A DNA stretch of 64,000 nt from an uncultured Verrucomicrobiae bacterium (GTDB taxonomy: Bacteria; Verrucomicrobiota; Verrucomicrobiia; Chthoniobacterales; UBA10450). Shown piece by piece: positions 39,429 through 49,131 of the stretch. A program made the position numbers and the translations under genes. Under the pieces are notes generated by a model. It saw only the letters and a program-made list of their open reading frames with translations, was not told the DNA's origin and did not search any database. The stretch is taken from positions 1,215-65,214 of the forward strand of contig CAWGQU010000010.1 of assembly GCA_963824795.1 (NCBI GenBank), in the 5' to 3' direction. Within the stretch, counting starts at the first letter, position 1. Every line of letters starts with the position of its first letter.

Positions 39429-40592
39429 ATGCAACGTGCCAGCGTCATTCCGTTGATGGACGGATGTGCGAGAATCTTGTCCCGCTCCGAACTCGAACAT
39501 TGCGATTCCTGGGAAAATATTTTCCGGGATGAATGCAAGGATCACCGATTTTACGAGATCATGGCGCAGACGCTTGCGAGTGATTTCCAATATCAATATC
39601 TCGTCCTTGAAGATTCCGGCGGGAAAGTGCGCGCCATTCAACCGCTTTTCTTTCTGCGACAAAATGTTTGTGAGGGAGTTTCCGGTGCGATGCGTCGCTT
39701 CGTCGATAAAGTGCAGCAGCGCTTCCCTCGTTTTCTCACCATGCGCGTGTTAATGGTTGGCTGTGCGGCCGGCGAAAGTCATCTCGGTGTCTGTCTTCCC
39801 GAAGATAAAGAGTGGGCGGCCGCGCGATTGCACGAGAGCCTCAGGACCTACGCGCGCAACAATCGGGCCTCACTCGTCGTCCTGAAAGATTTCTCGGCGA
39901 AATATCGCGAAACATTTCGCGATTTTTCCTCCAATGGCTACGCGCGCATTCCGAGCATGCCGATGACGCGTCTGCGTCTTAACTACCCGGACTTCGAAGA
40001 ATATTTGAAGTCGTTAGGCAAAGCGACCCGGAAAAATTTGCGTCGAAAATTCCGAAAAGCCGAAAGCGCCGCGCCGATTCAGCTCGAAGTAGTCAGCGAT
40101 GTCACGCCGTGTATCGACGAGATTTACCCGCTTTACCTGCAGGTCCATGAACGTTCGCCTCTTAAATTCGAGCGGCTGACGAAAGAATACCTTTGCAGCC
40201 TTGGTCAACGAATGCCGGAACGCGCCCGGTTTTTCATTTGGCGGCAGGATGCAAAAGTGATCGCCTTCAGCGTTTGCATGGTGCACGCCGGCACAATTTA
40301 CGATGACTATCTGGGTCTCGATTACCGGGTGGCCTACGATCTTCATCTGTATTTTTATACGTTGCGCGACATTATTAAGTGGGCGCTCGAGCAGGGACTG
40401 GAAAATTACTGCAGCAGCCCGCTCAACTACGATCCGAAGCTGCATCTCGGTTGCCACCTGGTTCCGCTCGATCTTTATGTCACCCACACAAGACCTCTGC
40501 TGAATCCAATTTTTCGCCGCCTCCTCAAATTTCTGGAGCCGACGCGCCACGATCCGGTGTTGCGGCAGTTTCCGAACGCGAATCAACTCTAA
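39429..40592 (+). CDS. FemAB/BioF2-like GNAT-fold acyltransferase
   Basis: 387 aa. The layout and motifs (FLTMRVLMVGCAAGESHLG, IYPLYLQVHERSPLKFE) resemble the Acetyltransf_6/FemAB-related family. Assignment is from memory. Confidence 0.5.
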   Translation: MQRASVIPLMDGCARILSRSELEHCDSWENIFRDECKDHRFYEIMAQTLASDFQYQYLVLEDSGGKVRAIQPLFFLRQNVCEGVSGAMRRFVDKVQQRFPRFLTMRVLMVGCAAGESHLGVCLPEDKEWAAARLHESLRTYARNNRASLVVLKDFSAKYRETFRDFSSNGYARIPSMPMTRLRLNYPDFEEYLKSLGKATRKNLRRKFRKAESAAPIQLEVVSDVTPCIDEIYPLYLQVHERSPLKFERLTKEYLCSLGQRMPERARFFIWRQDAKVIAFSVCMVHAGTIYDDYLGLDYRVAYDLHLYFYTLRDIIKWALEQGLENYCSSPLNYDPKLHLGCHLVPLDLYVTHTRPLLNPIFRRLLKFLEPTRHDPVLRQFPNANQL

Positions 40593-40656
40593 GCAACCCG
40601 CCCTCGGCGCAGTGGAAATCGTTTGCTGTTCGAGAGCCGCAGCTTAAAAAAGCCGG

Positions 40657-41061
40657 ATGCCGAATCGGCCTTCCGGCTTTCGCAATCCGTGGTTGCATCT
40701 GGTTCTGAGTGTTGCGTGCGTTCTCGTATCTGAGCTGCTGCTCAAACGTGGCGCGTCCGACATCGCGAATCTTGAAAGCGCGTGGTCTTGGACGGGAATT
40801 AACGGACTGACTTCGCCGCTCGTCTGGCTGGCAATTCTCTTCATCATCGCCAGCTTCATTACCTGGCTTTACGTTCTTAAATACGTTCCGCTCTCGATTG
40901 CGTTTCCGCTTTCGCGCGTCGTCGATGTGCTGGTGCCTCTCTGCTGCTGGATTTTTCTTAGCGAAGCGATCTCGCCTCGTCGGTGGATTGGAATTGCTTT
41001 AGTCGTAATTGGCCTCGCTGTGATCGCAAGACCCGTCGCGCGCATGGAGGAACGTTTATGA
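40657..41061 (+). CDS. Small EamA/SMR-like membrane protein, subunit 1 of a pair (ArnE/ArnF-like)
   Basis: 134 aa with about 4 TM helices and an EamA-type C-terminal helix (RRWIGIALVVIGLAVI). Confidence 0.6.
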   Translation: MPNRPSGFRNPWLHLVLSVACVLVSELLLKRGASDIANLESAWSWTGINGLTSPLVWLAILFIIASFITWLYVLKYVPLSIAFPLSRVVDVLVPLCCWIFLSEAISPRRWIGIALVVIGLAVIARPVARMEERL

Positions 41062-41402
41062 CTTGGTGGTCGTTCTCTCTCATTCTCGTCTCGCTGATCA
41101 CATTCGTCGCAGGTCAGCTTCTTTTGAAAAAGGGAATGGAGTTGACGACAAGACCCAACCACGACAGCCGCCGGTTTGGTTTTCTCATCACCACTGGAAT
41201 TGTGGCGATGACGATTTCGTTTTTTCTAACGCTTGGTCTGCTGCAACGTTTCGATCTGAGTTATCTTTATCCGTTCCAGGGTCTGAGCGTTGTTCTCATC
41301 GCAATTACCGCTGCAGTTACTCTTCACGAAAAACTCACGCTGCAGTTGGCGATTGGATCGCTTTTGATCAGCGCGGGGATCGTCCTCGTTTCACTCAGCT
41401 AA
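41058..41402 (+). CDS. Small EamA/SMR-like membrane protein, subunit 2 of the pair
   Basis: ATG at 41058 overlaps the upstream stop (ATGA). 114 aa with about 4 TM helices. Confidence 0.6.
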   Translation: MTWWSFSLILVSLITFVAGQLLLKKGMELTTRPNHDSRRFGFLITTGIVAMTISFFLTLGLLQRFDLSYLYPFQGLSVVLIAITAAVTLHEKLTLQLAIGSLLISAGIVLVSLS

Positions 41403-42230
41403 TAGCGGCCAGAGGCGTTTCAACGTCGCAGTGTTGATCCGTCGAATCTCCGCCGGTTCCGGTCGCTTCAACTTCGGATGATCGAGTGCTGAAGCGAAAC
41501 GCTGTTTTAATCTCGCGTATCGCGGCTCGGAAAAGGCGCCGCAAATATCTCCAGCGACCATGCGTGTTGCGTTGCGTAATTCGCCCAGGGCCCATTCCAG
41601 ATCATCCAGCGTAAAGCGGCCATTTTCCCAATTCGTCACCGCCTCCTCCGCTCGCAGACAATCGAGATCGATCGTCACGTAAACAGATTCACCAGCAAGT
41701 TCCTTGGCAAAGGCAAGGAAGCGTTGTTGCCAGTCTTGTCTCACGATCGCGCCCCGACGCTTGCGCGCAGACGCCGCACGATCGTCAGCCCACGCATGTA
41801 ATTCCAATCGCCCCTTTCGCTCGGCGCGGCGATTCCCAAAAATATTATGCGGCCACCACGGTTCGAAATTACCACAGCCCCACACGCTCACTTTTCGCAC
41901 CTGCGGAAGTTCGAGCGCACGATTAACCCAGCCGCCACAACACCATCTCGGCGGACGAACATCCCAATCCGGATGATTATCGAATGATATAACTGTGAGC
42001 GGTTCGCATTGGCGACGTATCCAAAGGGCGCTCAGGTGATGAAAGTCGCCGGAACCGTAAAGCAGGAATGGCGTGAGCTGCGATTCGACTTCGCGGTAGA
42101 ATCGTTCCACCAGACGCGCCGGCGCACAAAAACGGAGCTGTGGCCCCCATTTTCTCAGCTCGACAGTTTCGATTGGGATCTCGTTTGCAGTCCAGGCGCA
42201 GTCGAGATCCAGATGCAAGGCGGTTTTCAT
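41391..42230 (-). CDS. Arginase/deacetylase-fold-like protein (UPF0489-like), divergent
   Basis: Spaced acidic/His motifs SGDFHH, SFDNHPDWD, TIDLDCL and GDICGA recall ureohydrolase metal ligands. Its 3' end overlaps the convergent SMR gene by 12 nt. Confidence 0.35.
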   Translation of the reverse strand: MKTALHLDLDCAWTANEIPIETVELRKWGPQLRFCAPARLVERFYREVESQLTPFLLYGSGDFHHLSALWIRRQCEPLTVISFDNHPDWDVRPPRWCCGGWVNRALELPQVRKVSVWGCGNFEPWWPHNIFGNRRAERKGRLELHAWADDRAASARKRRGAIVRQDWQQRFLAFAKELAGESVYVTIDLDCLRAEEAVTNWENGRFTLDDLEWALGELRNATRMVAGDICGAFSEPRYARLKQRFASALDHPKLKRPEPAEIRRINTATLKRLWPLLAE

Positions 42231-42331
42231 GCGCGCAGTCCAATCAGCAAACGCGATGATAAATTGCCATCGCAAACCGCAATCATCGGCCAGGGGCCAA
42301 GGAAGAGGACCAGCGCAACTTTATCGGTCGC

Positions 42332-42730
42332 GTGCAGGACGCCTTTCATGTCGTCGCCAAGAAATGTTCCAACATGCTCGGGAGCGCCTGGGCATTTGTC
42401 ATTGCCGTTTTGATCATCGCTGTCTGGGCCGTGACCGGTCCTGTATTCCATTTCTCGGACACGTGGCAACTCATCATCAACACCGGCACCACCATCGTCA
42501 CTTTTCTCATGGTATTTCTGATTCAAAATACACAAAACCGCGATTCCAAAGCGGTCCATCTAAAACTGGACGAACTCATTCGCGCACTAGCCGGCGCCCG
42601 CGACGATCTGGTGGATTTGGAAGAACTTTCTGATGAAGACCTCGAAAAACTCGAACAGGAATTTAGAGGTCTCAGTGAACGAGCTTCTCGCGTGCAGGAG
42701 GCAAAGAAGAAAAGGGCTTCGAAAAAATAA
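42332..42730 (+). CDS. Low-affinity iron permease family (PF04120-like) small membrane protein
   Basis: TWQLIINTGTTIVTFLMVFLIQNTQNRDSKAVHLKLDELI signature. Confidence 0.75.
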   Translation: MQDAFHVVAKKCSNMLGSAWAFVIAVLIIAVWAVTGPVFHFSDTWQLIINTGTTIVTFLMVFLIQNTQNRDSKAVHLKLDELIRALAGARDDLVDLEELSDEDLEKLEQEFRGLSERASRVQEAKKKRASKK

Positions 42731-43405
42731 TCACTCTTCGTTCTCCATCTCTTTGGCTTCTCCCGTGCGAATAAAGGTTTTCCCACTCGGGCAGAGTCGG
42801 AAAATTTCGCAGTGATGACAATCCGGCCGTCGCGCAAAGCAGCGCCGCCGACCGTGCCAGATAAGCCAGTGACTCCAATCTGTCCAATGCTCGCGCGGGA
42901 CGACTTTCATCAACTCCTGCTCGATTTTTTCCGGATCTTTCTGTTTCGTTAGGCGTAATCGTTGCGAAAGGCGAATGACATGCGTGTCCACAACGATGCC
43001 TTCATCGACCCCAAACGCGTTGCCGAGAACGACGTTCGCCGTTTTGCGTCCGACACCGGGGAGGGCGTGCAATTCCGCCATCGTGTTTGGAACTTTGCCG
43101 CCATGTTTTTCCACGATTGCTCTGGCCGCGCCCTGAATGCTCTTCGTCTTGTTGCGGAAGAATCCTGTCGGTTGAATCGCGCGCTCTAATTCGGCCTTCG
43201 GCGCGCGCGCATAGTCGGCTGCTGTCTTGTACTTCGCGAAAAGCGACGGCGTAACCATATTCACGCGCTTGTCGGTGCATTGCGCCGAAAGAATTGTCGC
43301 CACCAGAAGCTGCAGCGGGTTTTTGAAATTTAATTCGCAATGCGCGTTGGGATAAACCTTCGGGAATGTCCGAACGAGCTGCGCAACACGTTCGCGAACC
43401 GTCAT
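42731..43405 (-). CDS. nth: Endonuclease III
   Basis: HhH-GPD (LPGVGRKTANVVL) and a C-terminal 4Fe-4S cysteine cluster C-x6-C-x2-C-x5-C. Confidence 0.9.
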   Translation of the reverse strand: MTVRERVAQLVRTFPKVYPNAHCELNFKNPLQLLVATILSAQCTDKRVNMVTPSLFAKYKTAADYARAPKAELERAIQPTGFFRNKTKSIQGAARAIVEKHGGKVPNTMAELHALPGVGRKTANVVLGNAFGVDEGIVVDTHVIRLSQRLRLTKQKDPEKIEQELMKVVPREHWTDWSHWLIWHGRRRCFARRPDCHHCEIFRLCPSGKTFIRTGEAKEMENEE

Positions 43406-43686
43406 CGGCGGTAAGCGGGAGCCGAAGATTTTTCTGGTGCCGATTTCCCGCGAACTTTATCGACGAAAAACTTGCCACGTTTCACGACCCGTTGTGCCCA
43501 CGCGAATTCCGTCGCGAGAATGGCAAGCCCTAGCGGAATTACGATGAACGCGGGCCCTGGCAGCACGATAAGAGCAAGCCCAAAAAGGAGAAGCGTAATT
43601 CCAATAATGGCGACGAGCGTTTTGCGCAGACGGGGTGAGCGATCCAGTCCGAGTCTTATTATCCAGCGTTGCAGGAATTCCTTCAT
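43402..43686 (-). CDS. PGPGW-domain small membrane protein
   Basis: LPGPAFIVIPLGLAILATEFAWA motif. 94 aa. Confidence 0.7.
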   Translation of the reverse strand: MKEFLQRWIIRLGLDRSPRLRKTLVAIIGITLLLFGLALIVLPGPAFIVIPLGLAILATEFAWAQRVVKRGKFFVDKVRGKSAPEKSSAPAYRR

Positions 43687-43699
43687 CTGACTGCCTTTT

Positions 43700-44974
43700 T
43701 CACAACTTCTCGGCGAAGGGAGCCAGCCGCTGTTCCAACTGTGCTGGAATGTGTGCGACGATGATGGCGGCGTCGCCCTCGTATCGCAGCTCGAGCACGT
43801 GACCGATGCGGTGAACTTCCGCGATCAATCCCGATTCGGTTAAGGGAATACGAAACTGCGAACGCAGCCGCCACGACGCGAGTTCGTCCTGCAATGCGGT
43901 GATCAGCTCTTTTAGCCCCTCTCCGGTGCGGGCGGAAATCGCGACGCTTCCTGGAAATTTTTTCAGATAAACCTCGATGTGCTCCGCGTTTTGGACCGCA
44001 TCGATTTTATTGAAAACGAGAAGAGTGTCTTTGCCGTAGGCGTGCAATTCCTTCAACACAGCGTGCACGGCCTCGATATTTTCATCGAGCCGCGGATGAC
44101 TCAGATCAATCACGTGAATGAGCATGTCCGCTTCGCTCACTTCCTCGAGCGTTGCCTTGAATGATTCGATCAGCGTATGCGGAAGTTTTCGCAGAAAACC
44201 GACTGTGTCGGTGAGCAGGACGCGTTGTTTGTTAGGAAGCGTGAAACTGCGTGTCGTCGGATCGAGCGTGGCGAAGAGTTTGTTTTCTGCAACAAGGTCC
44301 GCGCCCGTGAGCAAATTCAGCAACGTTGATTTACCGGCATTCGTGTAACCGACAACAGCCGCAACCGGCCACTGATGACGTTTGCGCCCTTGTCGCTGCA
44401 CATTGCGGACTTTGCGCACGCCTTCGAGTTCGCGCTCCAGTCGCGCGATTCGTTCCTGCACGCGGCGCCGATCCACTTCCAATTGCGTTTCACCCGGGCC
44501 GCGCGTGCCGATACCGCCAGTTTGTCGCGAGAGATGGTTCCACATTCTCGTCAGGCGCGGCAGGAGATATTGCAATTGCGCGAGCTCGATCTGCAATCGT
44601 CCTTCACGACTGCGCGCGCGCTGCGCGAAGATATCGAGAATCAACTGCGTGCGATCGAGAACTTTTCGCGCGAGCAGGTTTTCCAGATTGCGTCCCTGCG
44701 CCGGTGAAAGCTCATCGTTGAAGATGACTGAGGTGACATGTTGATCCTTGAACGATTCCTTGATCAGCTCCGCTTTGCCTTTGCCGATGTAGTAAGGCGC
44801 CGTCGGTTTCTCTAATTTTTGGGTAACGGTATCGACGACTTCCGCGCCGGCCGAGCTGGCGAGTTCGCGCAATTCTTCCATCGAATCGCGCAGATCCCAT
44901 TTCGAAACGCCGTTCTGTTCCAGTCCGATAAGGAGCGCGCGCTCCTGTTTCTTTTTTGGTGAAGTCTCAATCAT
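43700..44974 (-). CDS. hflX: GTPase HflX
   Basis: HflX N-domain plus G-domain (GYTNAGKSTLLN, DTVGF, NKID). Confidence 0.9.
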   Translation of the reverse strand: MIETSPKKKQERALLIGLEQNGVSKWDLRDSMEELRELASSAGAEVVDTVTQKLEKPTAPYYIGKGKAELIKESFKDQHVTSVIFNDELSPAQGRNLENLLARKVLDRTQLILDIFAQRARSREGRLQIELAQLQYLLPRLTRMWNHLSRQTGGIGTRGPGETQLEVDRRRVQERIARLERELEGVRKVRNVQRQGRKRHQWPVAAVVGYTNAGKSTLLNLLTGADLVAENKLFATLDPTTRSFTLPNKQRVLLTDTVGFLRKLPHTLIESFKATLEEVSEADMLIHVIDLSHPRLDENIEAVHAVLKELHAYGKDTLLVFNKIDAVQNAEHIEVYLKKFPGSVAISARTGEGLKELITALQDELASWRLRSQFRIPLTESGLIAEVHRIGHVLELRYEGDAAIIVAHIPAQLEQRLAPFAEKL

Positions 44975-45881
44975 CCCTGTGCGCGAAAGACAGACGCGCT
45001 TCGCGCAAAATCCATTCGATGGCCTCAGCGTGGCCGTAGCGAGATAAGTTCAGCGGCGAAAAAGTAGTTTGGCGCCGAAACCAGGTCAACTGCCTTTTGG
45101 CGTAACGGCGCGTGGCCTGTTGGATTTGTGCGATGCAATCCTTTTCGGAAATCTCTCCCGCAATTAGTCGGCGGATTTCACGCAGACCGAGAGTTTGTTG
45201 TGCGGTTTGGCCGATCGGTCCAAGATTGCGCACTTCATCAACGACTCCGTTCGCAAACATCGCTTCCACTCGGAGATTGATTCGATCGTAAAGTTCTTCG
45301 CGTTCACGAAAAACGAATACGCCCGGTGAGACATCGGGAGCTACAAGGCTGGCGGCAGTTACAACGTCCGAAGCCGGTTGCCCCGTAAGCAGGCAAATTT
45401 CGATCGCACGAATCAATCGGCGTGGATTTTTTTTGTCGATCGTACGCGCAGCTTCCGGATCCAGCATCTTGAGGCGCACGTACAGTTCTCCGGTGCTTAA
45501 CTGATTCAACTGTTCGCGTAGCTTGCGGCTGGCACCTGGCAGGGGCGCCAATCCGTGCGTGAGAGCTTTGACATAGAGACCATTGCCGCCGACGACAATT
45601 GCCGGTTTGCCGCGTGAGCCGATATTTTGAATTGCGTCCGCTGCCAGCGCCCGAAACTTTTCCGCGTTCATCTCTTCGCTCAGCGGAATCGCACTCAGCA
45701 AATGATGTGGCGCCTTCGTCAGCGTTTCGCGATCCGGTTTCGCCGTCAGCAAATCGAGTCCGCGATAAATCTGAAATGCATCGGCGCTGATAATTTCCGC
45801 GTCGCCTCTGCGTGCGACTTCTGCCGCCAATTCGGATTTCCCCGTCGCGGTCGGACCAACGATAAAGAAAATGCGTTTCAT
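44967..45881 (-). CDS. miaA: tRNA dimethylallyltransferase
   Basis: GPTATGKS P-loop and typical MiaA blocks. 8-nt overlap with hflX. Confidence 0.9.
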   Translation of the reverse strand: MKRIFFIVGPTATGKSELAAEVARRGDAEIISADAFQIYRGLDLLTAKPDRETLTKAPHHLLSAIPLSEEMNAEKFRALAADAIQNIGSRGKPAIVVGGNGLYVKALTHGLAPLPGASRKLREQLNQLSTGELYVRLKMLDPEAARTIDKKNPRRLIRAIEICLLTGQPASDVVTAASLVAPDVSPGVFVFREREELYDRINLRVEAMFANGVVDEVRNLGPIGQTAQQTLGLREIRRLIAGEISEKDCIAQIQQATRRYAKRQLTWFRRQTTFSPLNLSRYGHAEAIEWILREARLSFAHRDD

Positions 45882-46064
45882 CAGGTAGAGACATCTCTCC
45901 GAGATGTCCGACTTTTTATCGGAGCGCTCGCGCTATCGCACAATTCACGGACGCCTCGGAGAGGCGTCCCTGCCTGAGAGATCCGTTGCTCGTGAGCATT
46001 AAGCAAAAAACCGGAAGACAAACTTTGTCTTCCGGTTTCGAAGGCTGCCGAATTCGAGATTGCG

Positions 46065-46580
46065 TTAATTTCTGACGTGATGCTCGCTCGATTTCGCTCC
46101 ACTCACGACCAGTTTGCGGCCGAGGAATTCCTTGTCGTGCAATTCCGCGACAGCGCGTTTGGCTTCGTCAACAGTCAGCATTTGCACGAAGGCAAAACCC
46201 TTCGAGCGCTGATTGTGCTTGTAGGTGACGACTTCCGCGTTCTGCACCTGGCCGACGCCATTGAACAGCTCGAAGAGATCGCTCTCGGTGGCGTCGAAGG
46301 AAAGATTGCCGACGTAAAGACGCGGCGTCGTCACTTCGATTGCTTCGGGTTTACGCGCTGGCCGCGGCTGTTGCTGTTGCTGCGGCGCACCATTCCGTCC
46401 TGTGACGGAAGGCTTCGTTTTTCCGTTGGTGAAAAGCGCTGTGATTATTTGCCAGAACGATTTCTTTTTTACCGGCGCTCTGGGGGTCGTTTGTTGAAAA
46501 CGCGAACGACCATCGCCCCTTCGTCGGGAGGAGCCGCCGCGCGAACGCCGCGAATTTCTCCCGGATGAATGAGATTTCAT
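46065..46580 (-). CDS. RRM-domain RNA-binding protein with a basic N-terminal region
   Basis: RNP-2 LYVGNL and RNP-1 KGFAFVQM in the C-terminal ~80 aa. Arg/Ser-rich N-terminus. Confidence 0.8.
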   Translation of the reverse strand: MKSHSSGRNSRRSRGGSSRRRGDGRSRFQQTTPRAPVKKKSFWQIITALFTNGKTKPSVTGRNGAPQQQQQPRPARKPEAIEVTTPRLYVGNLSFDATESDLFELFNGVGQVQNAEVVTYKHNQRSKGFAFVQMLTVDEAKRAVAELHDKEFLGRKLVVSGAKSSEHHVRN

Positions 46581-46988
46581 ATTGATCCTTAAGGTTTACC
46601 CAATTGTGGTTTGGGCGGAGCGCATCAAATGATGCACCGTCCGCGGCCGGCAAACCCCGAAGGATTTGCAGCTTGTTAGCGGGCTCGGCCGCTGGAAACT
46701 CCGCCCCATGCTGTCGGTAAAGATTCGAAAGGCAACCCGCACAAGTCCGCCAATGATCCATCAGAGATGCGATGATTCGCATCGCTCTTTCAAAAAAACT
46801 GGATCGTCGTAAAAAACGGGGAGCCGGAGTATCGAAACTGATTCCCGACATGTGTGAATAACTAATCTGTGCCGGTGTTGATTGCAAGCCCGCTCTCGAA
46901 CCGCTTTCTTCCGTGGCGGCGGTCTATGATCGTCGCACTATCGAGACGGAATTTTGCGGCAGTCGGAGACGGCCGCGACAGAAATCGC

Positions 46989-47936
46989 TTAGCCGACGCA
47001 ACGCTCGAACCAATCGACGAATTTCGGCAAACCGACTGCGAGTGATGTGGTTGGATTATAGTCGAGCAGCTTTCTCGCTTTGGAAATATCTGCGCAAGTA
47101 AGCGGCACGTCGCCTGGTTGTTCGGGAAGCTGATTGATCCGCGCTTTTTTTCCGACTGCGCTTTCAATTGCGGTGATCAAATCCCTCAACTGTACCGTTT
47201 CGCTTTCGCCAAGATTGAAGATGTCGAAAAGTGGTCCGTTATATTCGAGCGACGCCGTCACACCTTGGATGATGTCATCGATGTAGGTGTAATCGCGCCG
47301 CGTCGTGCCGTCGCCGAACTGATCGATCGTTTCGCCGGCGCGGATTTTTTTGGTGAATTGATGGATCGCCAAGTCAGGTCGTTGCCGCGCGCCGTATACG
47401 GTGAAAAAACGCAATGCAACGATACGCATTTGATAAAGATGCGAATAAGTCGAGCAGAGTAATTCCCCGGCAACCTTACTCGCTGCATATGGGCTGATTG
47501 TTTGCGTGATGTTCATCTCTTCGGAAAACGGTACTTTTTTCGAGATGCCGTAAACCGAAGAGCTCGACGCAAAGATGAAACGATCGATGCCAGTCGTGCG
47601 GGCGGCTTCGAGTAAATGCAGAGTGCCAATTACGTTCGTCTCGTAGTAAAGCCGTGGCTGATGGATGGAGGGCCGCACGCCGGCCCGCGCTGCCAGATGC
47701 GCGATAATGTCGAACTTCTCGCGATGAAATAATGTGCGCACGGCGTTCGCCTCGCGCAGATCTATTTGGTGGATACCGATTCGATCGGCGACCGCGGCGA
47801 TGTTGTCGCGCTTGATCCGCGGATCGTAAAAGTCGTTAAAATCATCGAGAATGGAAACTTTATGGCCAAGAGCGAGCAACTTCTCGACAAGGTGCGATCC
47901 GATAAATCCCGCACCGCCTGTAACTAGGATACGCAC
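46989..47936 (-). CDS. NAD-dependent epimerase/dehydratase (UDP-glucuronate 4-epimerase-like)
   Basis: MRILVTGGAGFIGSH Rossmann start. YxxxK context (YAASKVAGE). Confidence 0.8.
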   Translation of the reverse strand: MRILVTGGAGFIGSHLVEKLLALGHKVSILDDFNDFYDPRIKRDNIAAVADRIGIHQIDLREANAVRTLFHREKFDIIAHLAARAGVRPSIHQPRLYYETNVIGTLHLLEAARTTGIDRFIFASSSSVYGISKKVPFSEEMNITQTISPYAASKVAGELLCSTYSHLYQMRIVALRFFTVYGARQRPDLAIHQFTKKIRAGETIDQFGDGTTRRDYTYIDDIIQGVTASLEYNGPLFDIFNLGESETVQLRDLITAIESAVGKKARINQLPEQPGDVPLTCADISKARKLLDYNPTTSLAVGLPKFVDWFERCVG

Positions 47937-47951
47937 GGCGCGACGGTAAAG

Positions 47952-48638
47952 ATGAAGCGAAACGCGAGCAAGGGCAGAACACGTTTGGCCACGGCAATTC
48001 TTCTCGCCGTCGTATTTCTCGCTGCGTTATGCGGAACACTCTTCGTTCGTCTCAGGCCTGAGCTTGCACGAACGACAAAATTCGATCCGGCATTTTACCT
48101 TCCGTCGCCGCTCGAGCTGGCCTCTTTGCCGACGGCAACGCGTTTCGATTTTCCACTCGGGAATGAGAACGGCGCCTTTGCTTACAACGCCCAACGTTTT
48201 ACCGAGAATCGCCACCTCGGCGATGATCTCAACGGCATCGGTGGAGAAAACAGCGATTTTGGCGATCCGATTTACGCTGTCGCCGACGGTCGCGTCTTAC
48301 TCGCACGAGAAGGCGGGCCGGGTTGGGGGAATGTCATTATCGTCCTCCATGCGTATGAAGAAAACGGCGCGCGAAAATACATTCAATCGTATTACGCGCA
48401 TGTCGAAACGATGCTGGTTGCTCCGCCGCAGGAGGTTCGTCGCGGTCAGCAGATTGCGACCGTGGGAAATGCGCATGGCCAATATTTTGCGCATTTGCAT
48501 TTTGAGATGCGCGAATTTGTGACGCCATTCATCGGCCCAGGTTATCGCGCCGATACGCGTGGCTGGATAAATCCCAGCGAGTTCATCGCGAAACATCGCG
48601 GCGCTTCCGATGACGATATCGGCCGTCCGCCGATGTAG
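47952..48638 (+). CDS. M23-family metallopeptidase
   Basis: HLGDD (HxxxD) and HLHFEM (HxH) motifs. N-terminal TM/signal anchor. Confidence 0.8.
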   Translation: MKRNASKGRTRLATAILLAVVFLAALCGTLFVRLRPELARTTKFDPAFYLPSPLELASLPTATRFDFPLGNENGAFAYNAQRFTENRHLGDDLNGIGGENSDFGDPIYAVADGRVLLAREGGPGWGNVIIVLHAYEENGARKYIQSYYAHVETMLVAPPQEVRRGQQIATVGNAHGQYFAHLHFEMREFVTPFIGPGYRADTRGWINPSEFIAKHRGASDDDIGRPPM

Positions 48639-48693
48639 AGGCGCTTGTGGCAAGCGCCTGTTTATGGTTTCGGCGCTCGCCGCGGCGAGCGCC
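48639..48693. terminator. Twin GC-rich hairpins between convergent genes
   Basis: AGGCGCTTGTGGCAAGCGCCT and GGCGCTCGCCGCGGCGAGCGCC, between the M23 stop and the DUF2752 stop. Confidence 0.5.
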
Positions 48694-48704
48694 GCTACAT
48701 CTCG

Positions 48705-49124
48705 CTAGGCTGGCGGATGCGCGAGCAGATACGCCCAATTCAAAAACAGGAGCATGATGACCAAAATCCGTACGACTTTCGTTTCCGTTCGCTTCCAATC
48801 TGCCAGCCGCAAGCGGGGCGCCCGCGTTACGAGAACGGCAAAAGCGTAGACATCAAACAACGCGATCGCACATAAACTTGCGAAGACGAGCGGATTAAAG
48901 AGTAAGGCGGCATGAAAATGTCCATGAATAAACTGGATCGTCGATCGAGTCGCGCCGCATGTGACACACGGGAGTCCGGTTAAATCGTGGAATGCGCAGC
49001 CAGGCCAGGGCAGCCGCAACGCAAACCATGCTGCGCCCGCAGCCAGCCCCGTTGCCGACACGCTTAGCCAGAGCAGTTCGTAATCGGTTTCGGCAGGTGC
49101 GAGTTGTTTCCAGCAGATTCGCAT
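48705..49124 (-). CDS. DUF2752-domain membrane protein
   Basis: CAFHDLTGLPCVTCGATRS motif. 139 aa. Confidence 0.75.
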   Translation of the reverse strand: MRICWKQLAPAETDYELLWLSVSATGLAAGAAWFALRLPWPGCAFHDLTGLPCVTCGATRSTIQFIHGHFHAALLFNPLVFASLCAIALFDVYAFAVLVTRAPRLRLADWKRTETKVVRILVIMLLFLNWAYLLAHPPA

Positions 49125-49131
49125 CGCGCGA

